Source: an uncultured Bordetella sp. | GTDB lineage: Bacteria > Pseudomonadota > Gammaproteobacteria > Burkholderiales > Burkholderiaceae_C | Direction of reading: 5' to 3' | NCBI GenBank assembly: GCA_964409495.1 | Contig: CAYPDO010000002.1 | Coordinates: forward strand, 2,001-49,111 | Length of the DNA: 47,111 nucleotides | Shown here: positions 9,051-18,103 of the stretch, in pieces | How positions within the stretch are numbered: position 1 is the first letter of the stretch | Layout of the letters: the number at the start of each line of letters is the position of its first letter | Notes under the pieces: generated by a model | The model's database searches: none | What the model was told of the DNA's origin: nothing | What the model saw: the letters and a program-made list of their open reading frames with translations, nothing else | Translations under genes and position numbers: made by a program

Positions 9051-10158
9051 GACGGCGCGGCGCAGGGGTGACCCGGGTGGCCGCAGGGCCATCGTTGCGC
9101 CACTGCCGCTGGGCGAAGCGCCAGGCCAGCGTGCCGGCATCGGGCCCGGTGGGCTCGCCGAAGGGCAGGGCCGCGCTGCCGCCGCTCCAGCCATGGCCCA
9201 GGCCCTGCACGACCACCAGCGTGGCCACGTCGGCGCCGTGCCGTGTCCAGCGGGTCACCGCCATCGGCAGCCGGCGACCGCGCTGCTGCACGACCGTGGC
9301 CGCGGCCCGTCCCTGGCCGGCCACCACCCACTGCACCACCGCGGCCTGGGCGTTGCGGGGCGAGACCACGGTGTCGCGGTCGCCGTGGATCACCAGCAGC
9401 GGTGGCCAGGGCACCCGCGCCGCGGCCGCCAGCGCCGCCGCCGTGGGCAGCAGGGGCGCGCCCGTGCGCCCCTGCATCGCGGCCAGCGCGGCACGGGCAT
9501 CGCGCGCCGCACCGGGCGGCACGCCGCTGTGCATGACCACGGCGCGAAAACGCTCGCCGTGGCGCTGCGCCAGCAAGGCGGCCAGGCTGGCGCCGGCCGA
9601 CAAGCCGACCAGCGCCACGCGCGCCGCATCGATCGCATGCCGCCGGCACACCTGGTCGATGGCGGCCAGCACCAGCGCCGCCTCCTGCAGCGCGCGACCG
9701 CTGCGCAGCGCGAACCAGTTCCAGCAACCCTGCGCGTTGGCCTGCCGGTCCTGCTGCAGATAGAGCACGGCAAAACCCTCGCGGTCGGCCAGCCGGTGCA
9801 TGTGCGTGCTGTGGGCAAAGGCCGCGGCGTCCTGGTGGCAACCGTGCAGCATCACCATCAGCGGCAGGCGCGGCGGCTGCGGCTGCGGCCGTGGCGCGCG
9901 GGCGCTTGCCGCTGCGGGCGGCGTGGCCGCCGTGCGCGGCAGGTACAGCTGGAACAGGCGCAGGCCGGCCGGCGTGACGGCCATGTCGCGCACCCAGCGG
10001 CCCGCGGCCACCGGCACGCGGTGTTCATGCAGCCACTTGTCGCGCAGCGCCGTGGCCGATCCCTGCCAGGCCTTCAGCCAGGGCTGCAGCGCCGCCGCAT
10101 TGGCACGCTGCAGGCGCCTCGCCAGCGCCACGCCGCCCTTCAGTCCGCGCCGGGCCAT
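9046..10158 (-). CDS. PHB-depolymerase/LpqC-family esterase (alpha/beta hydrolase)
   Basis: MLHGCHQ, CWNWF, nucleophile GLSAG, IHGDRD and GHGWSGG. Start could also be 10203. Confidence 0.9.
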   Translation of the reverse strand: MARRGLKGGVALARRLQRANAAALQPWLKAWQGSATALRDKWLHEHRVPVAAGRWVRDMAVTPAGLRLFQLYLPRTAATPPAAASARAPRPQPQPPRLPLMVMLHGCHQDAAAFAHSTHMHRLADREGFAVLYLQQDRQANAQGCWNWFALRSGRALQEAALVLAAIDQVCRRHAIDAARVALVGLSAGASLAALLAQRHGERFRAVVMHSGVPPGAARDARAALAAMQGRTGAPLLPTAAALAAAARVPWPPLLVIHGDRDTVVSPRNAQAAVVQWVVAGQGRAAATVVQQRGRRLPMAVTRWTRHGADVATLVVVQGLGHGWSGGSAALPFGEPTGPDAGTLAWRFAQRQWRNDGPAATRVTPAPRRP

Positions 10159-10162
10159 CGGG

Positions 10163-10690
10163 TCAGGCGCCCGCGGCCGCAGCGGACGGCGGCCACAGCG
10201 CATGCCACCGACCGTCGATGCGGGTGCTCAGCGCCCGCGGTCGGTGCCGGCCGAGCGGGCCACAGGGATCGCCTGCTGCGTGCGGGCCACCCGCGTCGCC
10301 GCCCGGGTCGACGCCCTGCGTCACGCCGGCCTGGACGCTGCGGCCCAGCGCCGATTGCACCGCATCGAGCAGGGCCTGCCGCTGCGGCCGGTCGTGCCGG
10401 CAGTGCGCACGCGACAGCACCAGGTGGATCAGCTGGGGTGCGCGGCCGCCGTCAAACTCGAGCCGGGCCTGCACCACCAGCGTGAGATGGGTGCTGAGCA
10501 CGATGTCGAGCGCGCCGGCCACCGAACCATCGGCCAGCAGCGGCAGGCCGGGCAGGGCCGGCGGGCCGATGGGCACCAGCGCCGGCCGCCCGTCGGCGCC
10601 GGCCGCGGCCCGGCGCACGATGGCTCGAGCCGCGGCCAGGTGGGACACGGCCGGATCGGCCGCAAGCGAAACAGGGCGGAGCGTCGACAT
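10163..10690 (-). CDS. Hypothetical protein
   Basis: Ends 4 nt before the esterase ATG, and the island's phased promoter lies directly upstream of ATG 10690. No family recognised. Confidence 0.45.
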   Translation of the reverse strand: MSTLRPVSLAADPAVSHLAAARAIVRRAAAGADGRPALVPIGPPALPGLPLLADGSVAGALDIVLSTHLTLVVQARLEFDGGRAPQLIHLVLSRAHCRHDRPQRQALLDAVQSALGRSVQAGVTQGVDPGGDAGGPHAAGDPCGPLGRHRPRALSTRIDGRWHALWPPSAAAAGA

Positions 10691-10698
10691 GGCCGCAG

Positions 10699-10754
10699 AT
10701 GCTGGCCGCGCACCGGGCCAGTGGCTGTCGGCCAGCGCGTGCCGGAGCTGTAGG
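10699..10754 (-). promoter_or_regulatory. Phased regulator half-sites plus -10-like element
   Basis: TGTAGG at 10749, TGTCGG at 10726, CAGCAT at 10704-10699 (spacings of 23 and 22 bp). Confidence 0.55.
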
Positions 10755-10872
10755 ACGATCACCCGGGCCGGCCACCGGCACCGCCGGCGCGGTGTTGTCC
10801 GACAGACGCCGCGCCGCCGCGCGGCCGATGCTGCGACACAACGCCACCCGCCCTGAGAGAGTGAGACCTGCC

Positions 10873-12075
10873 ATGGCCCGCCCGCTGCTAGACCTGCCCC
10901 CGGCCTGGCGCGCGCCCCAGGGCCCGGTGCTGCTGATCGAACCCGACCCGCGCCAGGCCATCGGCCTGGTACGGGCGTTGTCGCCGCTGGCCCGCGTGCG
11001 CCTGGCCTCGGGACTGGCCGATGGCCTGGCCGCGGCGGCGCTCGAGCGGCCCGAACTGCTGCTGGTGAGCGACATGCTGCCCGAGGCCGGCCTGGGCGCC
11101 CTGCGCCGGGCCTGCCGCGACGAGCCCGCGCTGGCCCAGGTGCCGATGATGGTGCTGCTGTCGCGCCCCGACGAGCGCGCCGAGGTGGCCGCGCTGGCCG
11201 CTGGTGCCGTGGGTTGTCTGCCGCGCCATGCCGGTGCGGCGCTGGTTGCCGCCCGCATGCGCGCCACGCTGCAGATGCTGCGCAGCGCCACCCGCTGGCG
11301 GCTCAGCGCGCAGGCCGAGACGCTCAGTGACGTGGCCAGCCGCCGCCAGCTGGATGCACTGCTGCAGCGTGAATGGCGCCAGGCCCAGCGCCTGCAGCAG
11401 CCGCTGGCGCTGCTGTGGATCGAGCCCGACCATTTCCACGCCTACAACGAGTGCCATGGCTCGCTGGCGGGCGGTGACTGCCTGGGCGAGATCGCACTTC
11501 ACCTGCTGCACACGCTGCGCCGGCCGGCCGACCGGCTGGGCCAGGGCGGCGGCGAGACCCTGTTGGTGGTGCTGCCGCATACCGAAGACCGCGGCGGCCT
11601 GGTGGTGGCCGGCCTGCTGCTCAAGGCCGTGGCCGACCGCGCCTGGCCGCACGGCGGCCACGGTGCAGGCCCGCGGCTGAGCGTGTCGATCGGCGTCGCC
11701 GCCTGGCGCCCCGGCAGCGGCGATCCCGGCCTGGCGGCCTTGCTGACCAGCGCCGAGGCCGCACTGTGCGACGCGCAGCTGCAGGGCGGCGATGGCATGG
11801 CCTGGCGCGGCCTGGCAGACGAGCCCGCGCCGCGCCCGGGCGCCGCAGCGCGCCGCCCGGTGCACCTGGCGCCCCCGGTTGCGCTGGCCGGGGCAGAGCC
11901 TTTGGCCGATACCCGGGCTGCCACCGGGGCAGCAACCGTGCCCGCCGCGCGGGGCGGCAGCGTGGCGAACCTCGCTGCGGCGCGCCGCAGCACACCGCTG
12001 CTGCCGATCTTTCCGGCCCCGGCCCCGCCGCCGCCGCAACCCCAGCCACCGCCGCAGGCGCAGTGGTCGCACTGA
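10873..12075 (+). CDS. REC-GGDEF protein with a degenerate active site
   Basis: REC-like N-terminus; GGDEF scaffold (EPDHFHAYNECHGSLAGGDCL, RRPADR, LSVSIGVA), but GQGGGETL replaces RYGGEEF. Start could be 10828. Confidence 0.8.
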   Translation: MARPLLDLPPAWRAPQGPVLLIEPDPRQAIGLVRALSPLARVRLASGLADGLAAAALERPELLLVSDMLPEAGLGALRRACRDEPALAQVPMMVLLSRPDERAEVAALAAGAVGCLPRHAGAALVAARMRATLQMLRSATRWRLSAQAETLSDVASRRQLDALLQREWRQAQRLQQPLALLWIEPDHFHAYNECHGSLAGGDCLGEIALHLLHTLRRPADRLGQGGGETLLVVLPHTEDRGGLVVAGLLLKAVADRAWPHGGHGAGPRLSVSIGVAAWRPGSGDPGLAALLTSAEAALCDAQLQGGDGMAWRGLADEPAPRPGAAARRPVHLAPPVALAGAEPLADTRAATGAATVPAARGGSVANLAAARRSTPLLPIFPAPAPPPPQPQPPPQAQWSH

Positions 12076-12116
12076 GCCGCCCGCGCCAACCCGCAGCCGC
12101 ACCCACCGCAGCCGCC

Positions 12117-12761
12117 ATGCCCCTGATCGATCTGGGCCTTGTGCAGCGCTTCAACGCCGCCGATGCGGCGCATCTGGGCCAGGGCCGTGCGCCCTCGCAG
12201 CGCATGGTGCGCTGCGTGGCCGGCTTCTACGGTGGTGAGGGCGCCGCCGGCACGGCCGAGGCCGTGGCCAGGCACCTGCAGGGCGAGCTGGGCCTGCAGC
12301 CCGGGCAGGTGCAGGTGATCCGGCCCGCCGGATTGACGCGCCATGCCTACCGGCATGCGGCCCGGCGCTGGCAGCAGCTGCGGCCACGCTGGGGGCTGGC
12401 GGGCCAGGTGCTGCAGTTGCTGGCCGCAGCGGCGGCGGGCCTGCTTGCCGGCGGCCTGAGTGCCGCCCTGGGCTGGGTGCTGCTGCAGCCGGACAGCGCA
12501 CCGGCTGCCGAGCCGCTGGCCTGGCTGTGGCCTGGCATGTGGGCTGGTGCACTGATCGGCGCCCTGGTCAGTGGCGCAATGGCCTGGCGACAGCCCCGCC
12601 ACCGCTTTGACGACACCGTGGCACGCAAGCTGCGCCAGGGCTGCTGCGTGGTGGTGGCCCATGGCCTGGACGAGGCCCAGGAGGCACCGGCGCTGGCCTG
12701 CCTGCAGGACAGCAGCCACAGCTGGTGCGCCGAGGCACCGCAGCGCTGCGAACGGCTCTGA
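12117..12761 (+). CDS. Membrane protein with two TM helices
   Basis: Two hydrophobic Gly/Ala-rich segments flanked by alpha/beta segments; GC3-rich frame. Confidence 0.65.
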   Translation: MPLIDLGLVQRFNAADAAHLGQGRAPSQRMVRCVAGFYGGEGAAGTAEAVARHLQGELGLQPGQVQVIRPAGLTRHAYRHAARRWQQLRPRWGLAGQVLQLLAAAAAGLLAGGLSAALGWVLLQPDSAPAAEPLAWLWPGMWAGALIGALVSGAMAWRQPRHRFDDTVARKLRQGCCVVVAHGLDEAQEAPALACLQDSSHSWCAEAPQRCERL

Positions 12762-12824
12762 CACCGGCCCGCCCGGCGCGTGGGGGCCGTACCCGGCGTG
12801 CCGGGTGCTGACGATCGCTTTGCG

Positions 12825-13427
12825 CTAACGGATCCTCTGCAGCGACTGGTCGCCCCAGCCCTGCAGCGGCCCCAGCGGGTTGCGCCGCAGGTCCAGCTCA
12901 TGGATCACCGGGCGTCCGCCGACCAGCTGGTAGACCAGCGCGTCGTCCACGAAGACCAGCAGCGCATCCACGCGCCAGCCCTGGGTCACCGTCTCGCGGC
13001 GGAAGTTCAGTGAATCGAGCCAGAAGCTGCCCACCCGCTGGCGGTGCAGCTTCTCCACCGCAATGGCGTAGCCGTTGCACTGCTTGCCGGCATTCAGGCA
13101 ATCGCGGATGCCGCGGTCCACATCCTCGGGCTTGATCAGCGTGGCAGCGGCAAAACGCTGCAGCACGTCGGCAAAGTGCAGCACGGTGATCGCCGGGTTG
13201 CGCCCGGGATCAAGACCCTTTGCATGCACGCTCTGGCGGGTGCTTGCGTAGGGCGTGAGCGTGGCCAGCGAGCGCGCCGCCTCGTCGTAGCTCTGCCAGT
13301 CCGAGACCGGCTCGGTGCGCGCGCTGGGCAGCCAGGTGCTGCATCCGCCGCCCAGCAGCGCCGCACCCAGGCCGAGGGCCAGGGCCGGTGCACTGCGCCG
13401 GCGTGGTCGCGGTGGCCGTGGTGGCAT
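12825..13427 (-). CDS. Hypothetical lipoprotein
   Basis: Signal peptide with lipobox-like GGC; complex globular sequence ending RNPLGPLQG. Confidence 0.8.
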   Translation of the reverse strand: MPPRPPRPRRRSAPALALGLGAALLGGGCSTWLPSARTEPVSDWQSYDEAARSLATLTPYASTRQSVHAKGLDPGRNPAITVLHFADVLQRFAAATLIKPEDVDRGIRDCLNAGKQCNGYAIAVEKLHRQRVGSFWLDSLNFRRETVTQGWRVDALLVFVDDALVYQLVGGRPVIHELDLRRNPLGPLQGWGDQSLQRIR

Positions 13428-13433
13428 GGTGGC

Positions 13434-13739
13434 TCAGAGGTCCTGCGGCGCGCGGGGCGCCACCGGCACCGACCGGCGCAGCTGATCCAGCGCGCCCAGG
13501 CACTCGCGGTAGGCCAGGCCGGGCGGCGCCGGCAGTGGCCGGCCCGAACCGCGGGCCTCGGGCGCCGCCACCGCCACACGGGCCAGCGCCTCGAGCGCCG
13601 CGCGGAACAGCAGATCCCAGTCTGCCGCGGCGATGTCGAGGCGGGGCACGGGGCGGGCCGCACTGGCGCTGCGGCCTGCCGCCGGCAGCCAGCGGCTGGG
13701 TGCCAGCGGGTGGAACGGGGCGGATTCGGTGAATGTCAT
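13434..13739 (-). CDS. Small hypothetical protein
   Basis: Ends 6 nt before the lipoprotein ATG; helical motifs DWDLLFRAALEAL and ECLGALDQL. Start uncertain. Confidence 0.5.
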   Translation of the reverse strand: MTFTESAPFHPLAPSRWLPAAGRSASAARPVPRLDIAAADWDLLFRAALEALARVAVAAPEARGSGRPLPAPPGLAYRECLGALDQLRRSVPVAPRAPQDL

Positions 13740-13891
13740 CGGGGCGGCCTGGCTGTGAACCCTCGGCCTGACCGGCATGGTGTGTGCCGGCCATCCATTC
13801 CTGCGGCGCCGGTCGGGCATCCCGGCCAGACTGTTGTACGCCGCCGCCACCCGCGTGTCCGTGCGCTGTCGAACCTAGGTGCCGGCCCGGC

Positions 13892-14458
13892 TCACCAGCG
13901 CACGCCGTAGCGCGCCTTGGCGCTGGCCACGCAGGTATCCTTGGCATCGCCGCTGAACGCGTCGCACTTCTCCCGGGCCACGGTGTAGTCGGCATGCACA
14001 TGGGCCTCGATGGCGTCTTCGGTGGCGGCGCTCACCTTCTTCGCGAGCTTGAGGTCGGCCCGGCCCTTGGTGTGCGCGCTGCTGGCCATCTTCAGGCACA
14101 CGTCCTTGTCGTTGCCGGCAGCGTCGTCGCACTTCTCCTTGGCCAGTGCGTAGCTGGCATCCACGCGCACCTCGCGCGCCTTGAGCTCGTCGCGCGCCAG
14201 GCCGGAGTAGTTGAACTCCAGGTAGGCCATGGCCATCTTCTCCTGGCCGCGGGCGGATTCCACGCACACGTCCTTGGCATTGCCACTCTGGCTGTCGCAG
14301 GCCTGCTTCTGTGCCTTGTACAGCGCATCGAGATCGGCCCTGGCGCCCTGGTAGACCGCCTTCGAGAAGTTGCTGCCATGCGCTGCGCCGGCCATCAGCA
14401 GCAGGGTGCTGGCGGCGGCGCACAAGGCCAGGCGGATCGGGTGTTGTCGCGGGGTCAT
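13892..14458 (-). CDS. Exported helical protein with three CD...G..KD.C repeats
   Basis: GAAGGA RBS; signal peptide ending AHG; repeats KQACDSQSGNAKDVC, KEKCDDAAGNDKDVC, REKCDAFSGDAKDTC. Confidence 0.88.
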   Translation of the reverse strand: MTPRQHPIRLALCAAASTLLLMAGAAHGSNFSKAVYQGARADLDALYKAQKQACDSQSGNAKDVCVESARGQEKMAMAYLEFNYSGLARDELKAREVRVDASYALAKEKCDDAAGNDKDVCLKMASSAHTKGRADLKLAKKVSAATEDAIEAHVHADYTVAREKCDAFSGDAKDTCVASAKARYGVRW

Positions 14459-15156
14459 GGTGAGTCCTTCGGGGTGGGGGTTGGGGGTGATGTGGCGCGT
14501 GCCTGGGGCGTGACAGTGGCGGTCGGGGTCGAGGCCGGGGTCACCGGCGAAGGCGCGGGCGGCATGGGCGGCGGCCCGGGCGGTGAAGGGGGTGCAGATG
14601 CAGGTGCCGATGCGGCCTGCCCGGCCGCCAGCATGGCCAGCAGCGTGGCCAGCGCGGCCTGCACCGGGGCGGAGCCAAGCTGGTGCAGCAGCCAGCCCGT
14701 GGCGGCACCGGGCGCGCGCCGCAGCCGGCGGTCCAGCCAGTGCCAGCGCCAGGGGCGCAGCGCAAACACCGCGGCTCCCAAGGCCGCGGCCGCGCCCACG
14801 CTGGCCCACGGATGGCTGCGCAGCAGCGGCCACAGCTGCTCGCGGCCCTGCTGCAGCAGCGTGTCGCCCAGCGGCTGCCAGGGCTGGCGCTGCCACCATT
14901 GGCGCAGTGCCGCACGGGCCACCTGCGCCGGTGGCCAGCCGCGCAGCTGGCGCCACCAGTGGCGCGCGGCCATGCCGCTGGCGGGCGCGGGCCGTGGCGG
15001 TGGCATCAGCTCGACGCGCAGGGCCTGGCGTGAGCGCTGCAGCGCCTCGCGGGCCAGTTGCAGGCGCGAGGGCAGGGCATTGCCAGCGGGCGGTGCCGCC
15101 GGGTTCGCGGCCAGGCCCGCCGCGCCGAGGGCCGGGTTGCCGCCGGGCGTGGTCAT
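14455..15156 (-). CDS. Hypothetical membrane-associated protein (third gene of a DUF883-holin-like cluster)
   Basis: ATGA-coupled at both ends; RL..SR..L motif and HPW..VGAAAALGA segment; Pro-rich tail. Confidence 0.7.
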   Translation of the reverse strand: MTTPGGNPALGAAGLAANPAAPPAGNALPSRLQLAREALQRSRQALRVELMPPPRPAPASGMAARHWWRQLRGWPPAQVARAALRQWWQRQPWQPLGDTLLQQGREQLWPLLRSHPWASVGAAAALGAAVFALRPWRWHWLDRRLRRAPGAATGWLLHQLGSAPVQAALATLLAMLAAGQAASAPASAPPSPPGPPPMPPAPSPVTPASTPTATVTPQARATSPPTPTPKDSP

Positions 15157-15542
15157 GCCTGTTCCGCCTCGGCGATCAGTGCCACGTCGGCGGCAAACTG
15201 CTCGCGCATCGGCGCCAGGCTCCAGGCCAGCGGCTGGCGGTGCGCCTGCACCGAGCACAGCGCGCCAGCCAGCAGCGGCACACCTGGTGCCACCAGCAGC
15301 AACCAGGGCGCCGGCATGCCGGCCAGCGGCACGGCGGCCATCAGCAGCAGCGACACCCCGGCCAGCAAAGCGCCGCCGCACAGGCCGGCCACCGCGCCGG
15401 CCGACCACAGCAACCGTCCCTGCAGCGAGCGTGCCGCCTCCTCGGCCTGGGCCGAGGCCAGCGCCACATAACCGCCCAGGTGATGGGCCACCAGATGGGG
15501 CTTGCTGGCCAGCAGACGGATCAGCGGGTGGAACATCGGCAT
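15153..15542 (-). CDS. YqjE/holin-like two-TM membrane protein
   Basis: Two TM helices, H..GY..L N-terminus and REQF..D C-terminus; follows the DUF883-like gene, as in the yqjD-yqjE order. Confidence 0.7.
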   Translation of the reverse strand: MPMFHPLIRLLASKPHLVAHHLGGYVALASAQAEEAARSLQGRLLWSAGAVAGLCGGALLAGVSLLLMAAVPLAGMPAPWLLLVAPGVPLLAGALCSVQAHRQPLAWSLAPMREQFAADVALIAEAEQA

Positions 15543-15571
15543 CGCCCGGACTGGCCCTTGCAGCGCCAGGC

Positions 15572-15985
15572 TCAGCCGCGCGCGGCCGTGGCGTCGCCCC
15601 CCCTGCCGCCCGACCCGCGCCGCGTGAGCAGGCTGATCAGCGCGGCCAGGCCGGCCCCCGCGGCGGCGGCGATGAGCACCGCCTTGACCGGCTCATGCTG
15701 GATGTAGGCCACGGTGCGGTCGCCGGCATGGCGGGCCTGCTCGCGCGCGGTGTCGGTGGCGGCCCGGGCGCGCTCGACGCCGCGGTGGGCCAGCTCGTCC
15801 ACCTGTGCCGCGGCGCGGCCCAGTGCGCCGGGGGCCACGGTGGCCAGGTGGCTGGCCTTGTCCTGCAGGGTGTCGAGCGCGCCATCGGCGGCCTTGCGTG
15901 CGCCTTCGATCACGGCATCGACCCGGTCGGTGGCCTGCTGGGCCAGGGCGTCATAGGTGTTCGGGGTGGTCTGTGTCTCGTTCAT
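15572..15985 (-). CDS. DUF883/ElaB/YqjD-like membrane-anchored protein
   Basis: Ala-rich helical body with C-terminal YIQHEPVKAVLIAAAAGAGLAAL anchor; AAGGA RBS. Confidence 0.85.
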   Translation of the reverse strand: MNETQTTPNTYDALAQQATDRVDAVIEGARKAADGALDTLQDKASHLATVAPGALGRAAAQVDELAHRGVERARAATDTAREQARHAGDRTVAYIQHEPVKAVLIAAAAGAGLAALISLLTRRGSGGRGGDATAARG

Positions 15986-16065
15986 GCTGAAGTCCTTGGG
16001 CGGGGTGGAGGATGGAGCGAACCGCGGAGGTTCGGGGCGCAGGGTGATGCAGGCGGCGCGCGGCG

Positions 16066-16230
16066 TCAGTTCTTGCGGGCCAGGCTCATCAGGAAGGTGA
16101 CCACGGCCATGATCACGAACACGAAGAACAGGATCTTGGCAATGCCGGCGGCGCCCGCCGCAATGCCGCCGAAGCCGAACAGCGCTGCGATCAGCGCAAT
16201 GACGAAGAACACGACGGCGTAGTGAAGCAT
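16066..16230 (-). CDS. DUF1328 (YtjA-like) small membrane protein, 54 aa; absent from the ORF track
   Basis: Hand translation gives [54 protein letters not shown]; GGAG RBS. Confidence 0.93.
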   Translation of the reverse strand: MLHYAVVFFVIALIAALFGFGGIAAGAAGIAKILFFVFVIMAVVTFLMSLARKN

Positions 16231-16302
16231 GGCGATCTCCCGGGTTGCCGGACCGCAGCGGTGCCGGATGCAGCTCGCGGCGAGGACCGCCGCGATGCCT
16301 CC

Positions 16303-16393
16303 ACTCTAGGCAGGCGCTGGCGCGACATCGGCCGGCCGCGGGCGCATGGGCGTGTCAGCGTTCGGGGGCGGCCGGTGTAGGCCCCGGCCTACA
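16303..16393 (-). promoter_or_regulatory. Palindrome TGTAGG-N6-CCTACA with perfect arms, a phased half-site and -10
   Basis: TGTAGG-ccccgg-CCTACA at 16376-16393, TGTCAG at 16353, -10 TAGAGT at 16308-16303. Confidence 0.65.
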
Positions 16394-16402
16394 GGGCCGC
16401 GC

Positions 16403-17791
16403 TCAGTGCGTCATCGGCAGCCAGGCCTGCACCGCCGTGCCCTGGCCGGGGGCCGATTCGACCAGCAGGCGGCCCTGCTCGGCCTCCACGCGGTAGCGCA
16501 TGCCCACCAGGCCGTGCTTCTTCAGGCCCATGTGCCGCGTGTCGAAGCCGGCACCGTCGTCGCGCACCACCAGGTGGGCCCAGCTGTCCTCGATGTCCAG
16601 CGTCACCGCCACCTGGCGTGCATGGGCGTACTTGCCGATGTTGGTGAACGACTCCTGCACCAGCCTGAAGGCCGTGAGCTCGGCCGATGGCGACAGCGGC
16701 AGCGCCTCGATGGCGGTGGCCACCGGCAGGCCGCTGCGATCAGCGAACTCGCTGCACAAGATTTCCAGCGCCGCCTTCAGCCCCAGGTTGCTGAGCGTGG
16801 ACGGGCGCAGGTCCTCGATGATGCGGCGCTTGAGCGCAATGCCACTGTTGAGCGTCTCCACCAGATGCGCCAGGCGCGGCAGCTGCTCGGGCAGCGATTG
16901 CTGCAGCTTGGGACGGATGCGCGCCACGTCGAGCTTGGCGGCGGTGAGCAGTGCGCCGAGCTCGTCGTGCAGCTCGCGCGCCAGGCGGGCACGCTCGTCC
17001 TCGCGGGCGGTCTCGAGATGGCGGGTCAGTGCGGTGAGCTCATGCGTGCGCACGCGCACTTCCTGCTCCAGGCGGTCGCGCTCGGCCTGGATCAGGCGCT
17101 GCTGCTCCACCTGCTGTACATCGTTGGCGCGGCGCTGGCGCAGGTACATGCCCAGCACCAGCAGGCTGAGCGCCGACATCGAGGCGACGCCGATGCGGTT
17201 GAGCATCAGCGTGTCGAACACCGAGGCGATGCCGCGGCCGATGGCCTGGTTCTCAGCCTCCAGCAGGCTGTCGATCTGCGCGCGAATGGCACGCATCAGC
17301 TCGCCGCCGCGGTCGAACTGCACCATCGACAGCGCGGCCTCGTGGCGACCCTGGTCGTGCAGGTCGATCACCAGCTGCATCTCGACGAACTTGTCGTCGA
17401 TCAGCGCCTGCAGCTGGCGCAGGCCGGCGCGGCCCGCCTGCTGGCCGCGCGCCAGGTAGTCGGCCTCCAGCGTCTGCTGGCGCCGGGCCAGCTCGGCGCG
17501 GGCCTGCCGGTAGGGCACCAGGTAGTCGCTGCGGCCGGTCAGCAGGTAGCCGCGCTGGTTGGTCTCGGCAAGGGTGATGACGCGGCCGATCTGCATCAGT
17601 TCGATGCGGTCGCGGCCCATGCGCACCAGGCGGTCGAGCTGCTCACTGGCCTGGCGGTAGCCCAGCTCGCTGATGGCCAGCATGGCACAGGCCACCAGCA
17701 CCGCCAGCGGAAAGGCCACCGTGCTGCGGCGCAGGCGCCCGACGGCCCGTGCCCAGCGGCTGTCGCGTGCCGGGCGGCCGGTGCGGTTCAT
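16403..17791 (-). CDS. Membrane sensor histidine kinase (CHASE3, HisKA_3, HATPase_c)
   Basis: TM, CHASE3 (AETNQRGYLLTG..YLVPY), TM, then ERARLARELHDELG, QESFTNIGKYAHA, DDGAGF and GLVGMRYR. HisKA_3 kinases pair with NarL-type regulators. Confidence 0.94.
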   Translation of the reverse strand: MNRTGRPARDSRWARAVGRLRRSTVAFPLAVLVACAMLAISELGYRQASEQLDRLVRMGRDRIELMQIGRVITLAETNQRGYLLTGRSDYLVPYRQARAELARRQQTLEADYLARGQQAGRAGLRQLQALIDDKFVEMQLVIDLHDQGRHEAALSMVQFDRGGELMRAIRAQIDSLLEAENQAIGRGIASVFDTLMLNRIGVASMSALSLLVLGMYLRQRRANDVQQVEQQRLIQAERDRLEQEVRVRTHELTALTRHLETAREDERARLARELHDELGALLTAAKLDVARIRPKLQQSLPEQLPRLAHLVETLNSGIALKRRIIEDLRPSTLSNLGLKAALEILCSEFADRSGLPVATAIEALPLSPSAELTAFRLVQESFTNIGKYAHARQVAVTLDIEDSWAHLVVRDDGAGFDTRHMGLKKHGLVGMRYRVEAEQGRLLVESAPGQGTAVQAWLPMTH

Positions 17792-17840
17792 GCCGCGATT
17801 ATGGCCACGGCCCGGCCGCGGCGCGCCGGGCGGCCGGCGC

Positions 17841-18056
17841 TCAGCGGAACCAGCGCTCGTCGCCGCGCGACTGCCAGTCGGTGATCTGGCGGTCGGCTTC
17901 GTCGCGCGCAATGCCGTAACGCTCCTGCAGCTTGCCGGCCAGCTGCTCGCGCCGGCCGTCGATGACATGGAAGTCATCGTCGCTCAGGTCGCCCCATTGC
18001 TGCTGGATCTTGCCCTTGAGCTGCTTCCAGTTGCCTTCGATGCGGTCCCAGTTCAT
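17841..18056 (-). CDS. CsbD/YjbJ-family stress protein
   Basis: [43 protein letters not shown]; AAGGAG RBS. Confidence 0.95.
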   Translation of the reverse strand: MNWDRIEGNWKQLKGKIQQQWGDLSDDDFHVIDGRREQLAGKLQERYGIARDEADRQITDWQSRGDERWFR

Positions 18057-18103
18057 GTCGATCTCCTTGACGAGGTGGATGGTGGTGTGCGGTGGCGGCG
18101 CGC

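Noticed and set aside
7813-10485. 890-aa plus-strand ORF
   Set aside because: Antisense shadow of two well-supported minus-strand genes; Arg/Ala/Gly-rich with no motifs, as expected in high-GC DNA.
13811-13880. Another copy of the phased promoter (GGTCGG 13811, TGTACG 13835, TAGGTT 13877)
   Set aside because: The half-sites and the -10 candidate do not fall at the 22/45-bp spacing, so it was not counted.
15153-15542. Holin-like gene as evidence of a prophage
   Set aside because: The context is the DUF883/YqjE-type stress cluster; there are no phage genes, and the hydrolase fusions are about 14 kb away.
13784-16222. 812-aa plus-strand ORF
   Set aside because: Lies antisense to five minus-strand genes that have RBSs and family motifs.
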